From assembly GCA_023205875.1 (NCBI GenBank), contig CP060764.1, forward strand, positions 372,001-436,000: DNA of 64,000 bases, written 5' to 3'. The notes below the pieces were generated by a model, which was given only the letters and a program-made list of their open reading frames with translations, made no database searches and had not been told where the DNA came from. How positions within the stretch are numbered: position 1 is the stretch's first letter; each line of letters opens with the position of its first letter. Shown in pieces: positions 44,510 to 53,968 of the stretch. Origin of the DNA: Chloropicon primus. Its lineage: Eukaryota. A program made the position numbers and the translations under genes.

Positions 44510-46469
44510 TTATGATCCAAAGAGGTCTTTCAGGTTGTCTATGGATACCTGGCCACCGGGTGCGGGCTTAGTGGGCTCACCTGCGGGCACCCCCTCCTCG
44601 CGGGGAGGGGGATGCTCCTCGGCGGCCTCGGCACCGGGGATGAAAAATTTTCTGTTGTGCTCCGGGGACGGTGGGCGGGCAGGGGCAGCGGCGGCTTCCA
44701 CCTCCTTCGAACCGCTCGACGCCCCCTCTGCCACTGCCTTGGACCTCCCTTTCTTCTTGGCACGCCTGCCGAGAAATCCCTTTTTGATTCCGGGGCCCAA
44801 GGAAGTCGGCTGAGCCTCCAGCACGCTCTTCCTTTCGGTGGCGAGCCGCTGCGGTTTGTGAGTAAGGTGGCCTCCCCTTTCTCCAGCAGAGGCTGGCTTG
44901 GTTGCCTGCCCACTCACGAGGCCCAGGGCGCCCTTGAGGATTTCAAAGGTAGCCAGCTGGCTGTCAGTCATGGTGGACTCCACGGTAGGAGGATTTTCGA
45001 AGACTTTGATGAGCTTGTTGATCTCCTTCTCCCCAACTTGGCTCGCCTCGCGCGTGTAAAAGCAGTGCATGGGCGTCTTCTTCCCCTGCAAAGTCTTTCG
45101 AACCAGAGCAAAGCTGCGGCCAGAGGGATCCCCGGGGAGCTTGGAGATTCCAATGCTCGCACGGGTCCTGTCATGAGGCATTCGCAAGAGGAGCTCCTCA
45201 AGAGGATCTCCTTCCTTTCTCCAGGTGAGCGTGCAACTTGAATCGGGCTGGAGCCAAAACTCTAGCCGGCCAACATTTCGGCTCGGCGAAAGCTTCATCG
45301 TTCCCTGGAGATTGCCTGCGCTCTTGCCAAAAGATTTCAAGAGCTTGCCCACGCGTACTCGGCAGACGGGCGTCAAAAAGTGCGTGAAAATTTTGGTTAC
45401 GTCCTGGAGGGGCAGTGCGGTCTTTAGGCCTGGGGAGCTGAGCGAAAAGTCAAGCATGCCGCGCTCAATGTTATCGCCGAGCTTTGCTTGGCGCCCACAG
45501 TCCCCGTGGGGCCTCAAGCCGGCTGCAGCAATCTGATTGTCGTCGCCCTCTGGGAGGACCACCGGAGGTTCCGGGCTGCTCCGCCGCGACTTGTCGATGG
45601 GAAAAGAGGCGTAATAACTGCTGAGAGTGGTTCTGATGGAGGTCATCCTCTTCGCGTGCGTCTCTACCTTTGACGCTTCCAGCGCTTCCAGCAGAATTCC
45701 TACAAGCAGGCGAAAGGTCAGATCACCCCAATCCAACCAACGCAATTCGTCGCACAAACTCACCTGGTGGCTTGCGACCGTACGCCTCCTCCCACTTGCT
45801 CGCAAAGCCAAAGAGGAGATTCTGCGAGAGCAGGCTGTTTCTAACCAAAGCTCCAAAAAAGTCAGCTGAAGGACACCTCGCGTCCGCGTCCCATGTGGGA
45901 GGAATCACGAGGAGCGTACTACACTTCTCACAAGCAAAGGGGTACAAGCAGCTTCCTTCGTCCTCGCCCTTGCATCGGCAGACGTCGTGAAGGTCTGACA
46001 GCGAGCTGATCGTCATGCTCTCTCCAAAGGCGATGATGGAGACCTCCCCACAGGCCTTTCTCAGCTCCTTGGCGGAATCCCAAAATGTCGACGCTCGCTG
46101 ACTGCTGTCGCCGATGTCGCCGCAGAGGAACAAGTACACTCGGCTCTTCATCCTGTTCATCTTCATGACCAGGAGGAGCCTCTTTATCATCCTGTCCAGG
46201 AGGTTCGAGTCCTTCCCACCTCTCTGGGGACTGAAGCTCTCGTCCAGTCCCGCCAGCTGGCTCTTCCAGTCCCTCGCAGGCGTGATGAGCCACTCCTCCC
46301 CCGCTTCCAAGCCCACCACGTCGGGCTCCAAGTCCAACGCTATCAGCCGGGCCGCTTGAACCTGAGCGCACCACCTCGTCATGCTGCGCGCCTGGCAGTA
46401 CACGTCCTCGTTCAAAGCATACGGAGACGCATCGAAAAGGAAGTACGCCGCCAAAGCGTTCTCAGACAT
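44510..46469 (-). CDS. Rpn10-like vWA domain fused to an Rpn13-like Pru domain
   Basis: Exons 46469-45764 and 45699-44510. A 64-nt GTGAGT...CTGAC...TAG intron joins the two track ORFs in frame. Domain calls from motif resemblance. Confidence 0.65.
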
Positions 46470-47138
46470 CGCCGCTGCTTCCTCCTCCTTCTCCACTGCA
46501 AACAAACTGCGACCTCGTCCTCCGCTGCTTCCTCCTCTTCTCCACTGCAAACAAACTGCGGTCGCAGTGCAACAAACTGCGGAACTCCTCTTCTCTCTCT
46601 CTCTCTCCACCTCAACCTCAACGCCACGACGTCCTCGTCCTCCGCTCCTCCATCCAAGTGAGTGAAAGTAACGCTCACTCCCTCCTCCCGTCCTCCGCTC
46701 TCGCTCGCTCTCTTGTGTTCTGCTGCTGCTGCTTCGCACTCTCTCCATCGAGGCGCGCGACGAAGGAGGGAAGGGAGGGGAATTGGAGGAGGAAGGGAGG
46801 TCAGGGGGTGGAGAAGGGGCCAAGGAGGGGTCAAGGATCGGATTCCTCAGGTTCTTCTCTTTCGTATGACACCTCACACGAAAGGAATGGTGAACGGAAC
46901 AAGATTTTGAGTGGTTTGGCGTTTGCTTCGAGAGGAGGGGAGAGGTTTGGACGAGGTTAGGACGAGGTTAGGGCCGCGCGGCGCCGGGGTCACGGGAGTT
47001 ATTGGGTGCTGAGGGGAAGTATCGTTCCTCTGGCTTTCGAACGCGCCGGACCTTGAAGGAATCGGCGCCCTGGCGAGGAACTGAGAGGACTGAAGCACTT
47101 GGTTTGAGTTGGTTTTTTGACGGAAGTGAAAGGCTACG

Positions 47139-48545
47139 ATGGCGAGGGACAGCAGCGTCGCTGTGGTTGTCCTCGGGGATCTAGGGAGGTCACCGAGGAT
47201 GCAGTACCACACCCTTTCGCTCGTGGAGCAAGCGGGCAAGGAGGTTCACGTCGTTGCTTACGGTGGCACGCAGCCCCATGCGTCTCTGGTTCACAACAGC
47301 AGAGTTCACTTGCACGCTTTGCCGACGCTGGTGGACTTTGTGGGGGGACTCGTTCCTCTGGAGAGGCTGCCGAAGCCGCTTGTTATGATCGTGAAGGCTC
47401 TCTTCCAGGTCTTCGTGCTCCTCTACGCGCTTCTGGTCCGCGTCCCCGGGGTTGGCTTCGTATTGCTCCAGACGCCTCCCTGTATCCCCACGTTTGCCGT
47501 GTGCAAGCTCGCTTGCCTTTTGAAGCGGTCCGAGCTCGTGATCGATTGGCACAACTTTGGGTACACCCTCCTTGCCTTGAACTTGAGCCAGGACCACCCA
47601 CTGGTGTCCATCGCAGAGAGTTACGAGAGGCTGCTGGGAAAGCTGGGAGACTATCATTTGTGCGTCACGAGGGCCATGAGGAAAGAGCTCGAGACGAACT
47701 GGGGGGTGATGAAGGCCCAAGTGCTGTACGACCGGCCACCCCAATTCTTCCAGCCCCTGTCGTACTCCGAGCTCCACTCCCTGTTCGTCAAGCTGTCCAA
47801 GGACTTTGCTGAACCGATGCACGTGAGGGACTGCTGCTGCACTGATAACGGAGGAGCAAACGGGTCCTTGAGCACGAGGAGCGCGTCGGCGAGAACGCTC
47901 TTCACCGAGAAGCAGAGGGAAGCTAGCGGTGGGACGTCCATCGTGCAGGTCGCCGACAGGCCTGCCTTGGTGGTCAGCAGCACGAGCTGGACCCCGGACG
48001 AGGACTTTGGGATCCTCCTGGAGGCGGCGAAGTTGTACGACGAGCTGACCCACGACCTGAAGAGCTACCCCCGCCTTCTCTTCGTCATCACGGGAAAGGG
48101 CCCGATGAAGGAGGCGTACCGGAAGAAGATGGCGAGCATGGAGTTCAAAAAAGTTGCGTTCAGGCTGATGTGGCTTTCCGCGGAGGACTACCCTCGCCTG
48201 GTCTCGGCAGCCGATTTGGGTGTGAGCTTGCACATCTCATCCTCGGGCTTCGACCTCCCCATGAAGGTCGTGGACATGTTTGGCTGCGGGGTCCCGGTCT
48301 GCAGTGCGAACTACAGCTGCGTCGAAGAACTTGTGCAGAACAACCGGAACGGGATGCTCTTTAACGATGCAGAGGAACTCGCGCAGCAACTCAAGGCGCT
48401 CTTTCACAATTTTGGGAGGGAGAAGAACTCGAGGCTCCAGAAGCTCAAGGCCGGGGCGATGGCGTCCTCCAAGCGCAGGTGGACGGACGAGTGGGCCAAG
48501 GTGGGCCTCGGAATCTTCGCCGGCGGAAAGGGAAAGGACGAGTGA
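47139..48545 (+). CDS. ALG1: Chitobiosyldiphosphodolichol beta-mannosyltransferase
   Basis: VVVLGDLGRSPRMQYH, IDWHNFGY, VSSTSWTPDEDF, ITGKGP, HISSSGFDLPMKVVDMFG. Confidence 0.96.
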   Translation: MARDSSVAVVVLGDLGRSPRMQYHTLSLVEQAGKEVHVVAYGGTQPHASLVHNSRVHLHALPTLVDFVGGLVPLERLPKPLVMIVKALFQVFVLLYALLVRVPGVGFVLLQTPPCIPTFAVCKLACLLKRSELVIDWHNFGYTLLALNLSQDHPLVSIAESYERLLGKLGDYHLCVTRAMRKELETNWGVMKAQVLYDRPPQFFQPLSYSELHSLFVKLSKDFAEPMHVRDCCCTDNGGANGSLSTRSASARTLFTEKQREASGGTSIVQVADRPALVVSSTSWTPDEDFGILLEAAKLYDELTHDLKSYPRLLFVITGKGPMKEAYRKKMASMEFKKVAFRLMWLSAEDYPRLVSAADLGVSLHISSSGFDLPMKVVDMFGCGVPVCSANYSCVEELVQNNRNGMLFNDAEELAQQLKALFHNFGREKNSRLQKLKAGAMASSKRRWTDEWAKVGLGIFAGGKGKDE

Positions 48546-48709
48546 GAAATCACCAGCCCCCGGGTTCGTGTCGTCAGGGCTAGTCTTCCCTTGCTGTAAA
48601 TTAAACAAGGCGCAGCACACAATAAAACGTTTCACGCGCGAGATCGAGTCATGACCATCACCTGGCGTCCCCCAACGTGCTTCAACCACCCAGGATGGCT
48701 AACCCGGGA

Positions 48710-49489
48710 TCACTCCAGAGCCCTGGTGAGCTCCTCAAAGTCGCAAACAGCCCAATCTGCTTGGTCCAGCACCGCTTCCCTTTTCACTATTCCTCCGAAG
48801 CCAACGAATATGTCGGCACCTCCAGGCTGCCTGGCCTCCAGGTCCGTCGCCCCGTCCCCCACCATTGCCAGGGTCGTAGCTTTCGTGATCTCCTTGATGT
48901 GCCTCGCCGCCCGGGCCTTGCCCCCTGCCCTGGAGGTGAACTCGGTGTCGTCGAAACCGGTGTAGCTCCCCGTTCCCTGATCGAAGAAAAGCGTGTTGGC
49001 GAACACGTTCTCCCTTGGAATTCGGAGCTCGTCCGCAACAGGATCAATCATCACCCTGAACCCACCCGAAACCAGGTACACGGCTTTCCCTTTCCCTTGC
49101 AGGGCAGCCACAAGCCCAGCTATCCCTGGAGTCAGTTTGGGAGCATCAGACTCCAGAAACTTGTCGATCTCGCCACTGGATGGCCTAATGATGTCCAAAC
49201 GCGCCGCCAGAGCCTCCTCGAAGGGCATCGTCCCCGTCATCGCCTTGGCCGTGAACTCCGCCACCGCTTCCCCCTTGCCCAGGTAGTCCCCCAGGTCGTC
49301 AATGCCCTCGCTGGAACACACGGTGGAGTCCACATCAAAGCACACGACTTCCGCCCTCTTCCACAAATCCACGGCAGCATTTTTGAATCCACTCATTCTC
49401 GTCACGTTCCTCGATCCTCCCCCGCCCCGAGCTCCCCCCCTCCTCGCCGCTTCCGTCCTCCTCCACCTCGCGCTCCTCGTGGGCGCCAT
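48710..49489 (-). CDS. PSP: Phosphoserine phosphatase (HAD)
   Basis: CFDVDSTV motif I, LVSGGF, GK, MVGDGATD, FVGFGG. Confidence 0.94.
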   Translation of the reverse strand: MAPTRSARWRRTEAARRGGARGGGGSRNVTRMSGFKNAAVDLWKRAEVVCFDVDSTVCSSEGIDDLGDYLGKGEAVAEFTAKAMTGTMPFEEALAARLDIIRPSSGEIDKFLESDAPKLTPGIAGLVAALQGKGKAVYLVSGGFRVMIDPVADELRIPRENVFANTLFFDQGTGSYTGFDDTEFTSRAGGKARAARHIKEITKATTLAMVGDGATDLEARQPGGADIFVGFGGIVKREAVLDQADWAVCDFEELTRALE

Positions 49490-49586
49490 CCTGCACGTGT
49501 TTTTGGCGCCCCCGAGTGACAGCCCAGCAGAGAGGAAGAGGAAGAGGAGGGGGGGAACTTGGGCGCGTTGTGGAGGAGGAGAGGGG

Positions 49587-49861
49587 GAGGGAGGGAGGGG
49601 ACAGAGGGAGATATCGTCTTCCGTGTCTCTTTCTCTTTCGAACGAGACGCTCCGCGAAGGGAGGGGCGCTCTGTGGAGGATTTGGGAACGGGAAAAGAGA
49701 AGCGGTGGACCAGAGGGAGGGAGGGAGAGGGAGAGAGGGGTTTCGCGACGAGGAAGGGAAGAGGAGGAGGGGAGGGAGGGGACAGAGGGAGAGATCGTCT
49801 TCCGTGTCTCTTTCTCTTTCGAACGAGACGCTCCGCGAAGGGAGGGGCGCTCTGTGGAGGA
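49587..49861. repeat. ~95-bp direct repeat in the PSP/EME1 divergent intergenic region
   Basis: GGGACAGAGGGAGA.ATCGTCTTCCGTGTCTC...CTGTGGAGGA at about 49587-49680 and 49768-49861. Confidence 0.9.
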
Positions 49862-49896
49862 ATCAAACGGACGAAGAGACCTCAGTTTTGCTGAGG

Positions 49897-51419
49897 ATGG
49901 ACCTCGAGGAGGTTGACGACCGAGACCTTCTCATCGACCTGAGCCAACACGGTTTTGACTTCCAGGCGAGTCAGACTGGGCCTAGGGGCGAGGGCGCCGG
50001 GCCAGGGGCGCCACCTGCAAGAGGTGGTCGGGAAGGAGAGGACGTGCGACGAGTGGAGAGGAAGGAAGAGGGGCCAGGACTCGTGATTGATTTGGTGTCG
50101 CCGGAGCCTCCGGCGAGAACTCGTCAGGCAAGGAGGGAGGAGGGGGCGGGAACGAGCGTGGTGACCATTGACCTCCTTTCTTCCTCGAGCTCCGGACAAG
50201 ACAGCGAGGTTGCTCGGCGGGAGACCAAGGCATCTTCGCAGCAGCGGGTGCCCCTGTCGTCGCGACGAGACGTCGTCGACCAAGTGCTCCGCAACGCGAA
50301 CGCGACCGAGTCAGGGAACCAGGGTGCGAGGGGGGGCACAAAGGTGCAGAAGCCCAAAACCGCCGCGAGGAAGCGGTCAGTCGACGAGGAGAGGCAGGCG
50401 GCGCGCCTGGCCGTGAAGAGAAGCCGAGGTAAGCATTCGTCGACGTCGACGTCGTCGTACTCTCCCCCACACACCCTCACCGTCCGAACGTGCCTCGCGC
50501 TGACTGCCCCTTTCCCTCCCCCGCAGGCGACTTTGCGCTGGACGAGGTGACCGTTCTCGTGAGTTCCGAAGCGATCGAGCACACCAACTTGGTGGGCCTG
50601 AAGCTCTGCGAGGCCGTCAAGGAGCATGGGATGAAGTACGCCGTGAGGAGCGGCCTGCCCGTGACCGAGGTCCCGACGGTCTTCTGGAGGAGCTCTCGAG
50701 GGCCTAGGAGCGAGGCGGTGGGCGCCGGGGACGGGGTCGCGGGCTCCTCTGGGTCGGTGGTCCCCTGCGTCGCGGCGATCCTGGAGGCCTCCGAGTTCAT
50801 TCGCCACTTGGACCAAGCCGAGGGGGCGGGCAAGCCCTGCCCCGACTTTCTGTCCAGCATGGAGAGCAAGTGCGAGGGCTACGCCGTGTACTGCGTCCTC
50901 GTGGGTTGGGAGAGGGAGCTCCAATCGAGGGAGAAGAGGGTGACCAGCTTCTCCCCCGTCAAGTACGAGCGAAAGATCGTGGAGCTCGCCGTGATGACGA
51001 GGGGTCTTCAAATCCACAAGGTCCACGACGCTCGGGGGGCGGCCGAGTACCTCGCCTCTCTCTCCGCGGAGCTGGCCAAGCTGCCTTACGCCAGCGCCGA
51101 GACTAGCGTGGTGGACTACTGCAAGAAGGTCAAGACGATCTTCCAGGGCGGGAGGATGGGGTGCCAGACCCGGGTTTGGATCAACATGATCCACCAGCTG
51201 CCTCAGGTCGGGATCAAGGCTGCCGAGAGCATCGCCGGCAAGTTCCGGTCTTTCGCGGAGCTGATGAGGGCCTACACGAGCCCCGGCCTCGGCGACTCAG
51301 AAAAGAGGCGGATCCTGCAGGACCTGCCCATGACGGACCGGCGGTCCGTGGGACCCTCCATCTCGAGCAAGTGCTTCGACTATTTCACCGCAAGGAACGG
51401 CGAGGACGCGCTGGAGTGA
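49897..51419 (+). CDS. EME1: Crossover junction endonuclease regulatory subunit EME1
   Basis: Exons 49897-50428 and 50527-51419. SIM-like VIDL/VTIDL motifs, RGDFALDEV, inactive ERCC4-like domain, HhH2 region VWINMIHQLPQVG...RSVGPSIS. Confidence 0.8.
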
Positions 51420-51524
51420 AGAAGCAAGGAAAGGGAGAGAGGGAGGGAGGGCGAGGGAGCTTGCATAAAGTTGTGATGACCGTTTTATCCATAAATTAAT
51501 AACTAAAGAATCGGGGGCCAAGGA

Positions 51525-51575
51525 GAGCGAACCCGCCATTGGAGCGAACCCGCCATTGGAGCGAACCCGCCATTG
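51525..51575. repeat. 17-bp tandem repeat (GAGCGAACCCGCCATTG) x3
   Basis: Three direct copies between EME1 and the next gene. Confidence 0.9.
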
Positions 51576-51881
51576 ACTGGTTCACACGTGTCACACGTGT
51601 CATCGGGTTTGGCGCGGCCGACGTTGGAAGGGCTTTCGCAATTCGTGTCAAGTTCTTCGCGCTGTGTGAGACCCCGCACGATGGCGCCGACTCCCCTTCC
51701 CTCCGCGGCGGCGCTCGTTGGGAGGAGTCTTCCTCGTTTTTTTTTAACGTTCGCGACGCGAAAGAGAAAGTAACGGTCGCGAAGCCGTTTCGGTTTCGTG
51801 TGTGTGTGTGTGTTTGTTTCTTTTGGGGGGCTCCTTTCCTGCTCTTTGGCCGCTCGCTCCGACCGACTGAAAAGAAGCGAC

Positions 51882-52814
51882 ATGGAGGGGAGCGGGAGCG
51901 GGAGCGACGACGGGACTGAGCCGTACTGCGACTTTTTCGTGCTGGACACGAGCTCGTGGTCGAGCATCAGGGACCAGGACTTGAGGATTGGTGGCGTCAC
52001 GGAGTTCGACACCCGGTTGGTGGGCCAGGTCATGGCGATGAAGCTCCTGTGCTGCTGGGGGATGCCCTCCCAGGTTGGCGTGGCCCACATGGGAAACTCC
52101 AGCGCGTCGAGGGGGCTGGAGCTGACGCCGAAGTGGAGGACGGGGGAGGCCGCGGGGACCTCCGCCCGGGAGGTCGGAGACCTCGGCTGCTACGAGGCGA
52201 ACTCCGACCCGATCTTCTTCGACGACTTTGGGGAGCTGGTTCCGCAGGACCAGAACCCGCAGAGGGTGGTGCAGGCCCTGAACCTTGGCCTGGCCAGCCT
52301 GAAGACGGCTTCCAACCGGGGCAAGAGGATCACGGTGTTCCTCTGCAGCCCGATCACGGGTCTGAGAGACCTGGAAGCGCAACTGATTCCGCTGCGGCAG
52401 GAGCTGGACGGGAACGGCATTGAGGTCGAGTTCATCCTCCACCCAAAGGTGTACAGCAAGGCGTACGACAACGTCATCGGGGGACCGGAAGGCTCGCAGC
52501 GGTCCTCGCGCGACGAGGGGGTGAGGGAGGGGATGGCGGCCGTCAGCATCAGCGACATCAGGAGCGAGGACGAAGACCTGGACACTCTGGCCAACATCTT
52601 TTCGATCGACGTGATGAACAACATTCCGTACAAGAGCTTCTTGGAGACCCTCGCGATGTACAAGGATGTGTATTTTGACGGCATCACGGGACTGCGGGCT
52701 TTGTCCTCGAGGTGGAGCGCGTGCTGGCCCGAGTCCGATGCTCAGGAGACCATGCCTCGCATCCTTTTCGTGTTTCAGTGGTCCCCCACGAGCTCGGAAA
52801 GGGGCGACGACTAG
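51882..52814 (+). CDS. Divergent Rpn10-like vWA-domain protein lacking UIMs
   Basis: FFVLDTS, TRLVGQVMAMKLLC, QVGVAHMG, ALNLGLASLK...KRITVFLCSPI and LRQELDGNGIEVEFI follow the Rpn10 vWA motifs in order. Confidence 0.62.
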   Translation: MEGSGSGSDDGTEPYCDFFVLDTSSWSSIRDQDLRIGGVTEFDTRLVGQVMAMKLLCCWGMPSQVGVAHMGNSSASRGLELTPKWRTGEAAGTSAREVGDLGCYEANSDPIFFDDFGELVPQDQNPQRVVQALNLGLASLKTASNRGKRITVFLCSPITGLRDLEAQLIPLRQELDGNGIEVEFILHPKVYSKAYDNVIGGPEGSQRSSRDEGVREGMAAVSISDIRSEDEDLDTLANIFSIDVMNNIPYKSFLETLAMYKDVYFDGITGLRALSSRWSACWPESDAQETMPRILFVFQWSPTSSERGDD

Positions 52815-52975
52815 GCTTTGGCGAACTAGGGATCGAGTGGGGCGGCAGCAAGTGCAGCAGTGGCCGCGCCCGGCGGTTGCTTTCGGGGGACGGGGGGACC
52901 GGCAAAAAGATTCTTTTCACCCTGCCTAAAACCTAAAACTTGGATAAAGAAATGCTGCTGTGCACATTGCCTTCG

Positions 52976-53515
52976 TCACGCGTCCTCCTCGGCGGCGTCG
53001 TGGTCGCGCGTCCTCGTGGGGCCCGGCTCGACCTCGGCGGCGTCGGGGTAGGACGTCCTTAGTGGTCGCTGGTACTTGAAGGACACTCCGCTTATCTTGT
53101 GAAACGCCTCCACAGTCCTGTCCTTGTACTTCCCCTCCGTCAAGTCCTTGTACACCTGCACGGCGCGGAAGATGATATCCACGGCGCGCTGCTTCTCCCT
53201 CTTCCTGCCCGTGATGTAGAACACCGTGGTCATCCTGGGCACCACGGCGTCCGGCGCCTTCCTGTAGGTGTAGGTAATCGTGCCGGCGATGTCGTCGATC
53301 CTTCGGATGCAGGCCGCGTTCGGACCCACCACGAACACCCCCGCGTTCAAGGTCACCGTAATCAAGATGGCATCGCGGTGCTTTTCGATCCTCGCGAACG
53401 CTGCCCCCGACTCCGACGACGAAACCTCAAGCGGTATCCCCGCGAGCGCCAATTCCCGCTGCGCGCGCGACCAAGTCAGGCAACAGCAGCACGGCGACCC
53501 ACAAGCATTCCCCAT
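52976..53515 (-). CDS. Single KH-like domain protein with N-terminal acylation motif
   Basis: MGNACGSPCCCC N-terminus. AGVFVVGPNAACIRRI...FYITG...QRAVDII resembles a type I KH domain with a degenerate GxxG. Confidence 0.6.
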   Translation of the reverse strand: MGNACGSPCCCCLTWSRAQRELALAGIPLEVSSSESGAAFARIEKHRDAILITVTLNAGVFVVGPNAACIRRIDDIAGTITYTYRKAPDAVVPRMTTVFYITGRKREKQRAVDIIFRAVQVYKDLTEGKYKDRTVEAFHKISGVSFKYQRPLRTSYPDAAEVEPGPTRTRDHDAAEEDA

Positions 53516-53968
53516 ACTTGACCTCCCTGTTCCGACAGACAGCTCCTCCTCCTCGCGCGATGGCGACGACCGGTTCCCACGAGCGAGCTCAAGGGAGGGA
53601 CCCGAGGGTGGGTGCAGTTTTTTTGGCGCGTGCTTTGCTCTGCTGTGAAAGGGGCCCCGCAATCGCAAGCACAGTCAGTGGTTCTCTGCTACACTGACCA
53701 CAATTTGGACTGGCACTTCGGCAGCGGCTCCGAGACCCCTTCACGTGCTTCACGTGCTTCACGTGCTTCGCCAGTTGTTTGCGGATCAATGACGGAGTTG
53801 CCTGAGTTGCCCCCTTCATTATCCTGAAAAGTCGCATTTTGATCGGTTAGAATTCGCCTAATTGGTGTAACGCCAACGTGGGCGAAAACGTGGGAGGACG
53901 GGACCGGTGTTTATTGGACCTGCGCCCGATTGGCCTCGCCTCGCGTCTCGCCCAGAACCTCGGTTCCC

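Noticed and set aside
45700..45856. Apparent frameshift or overlap between ORFs 44510-45856 and 45723-46877
   Set aside because: Explained by a canonical 64-nt intron, so neither a pseudogene nor programmed frameshifting is needed.
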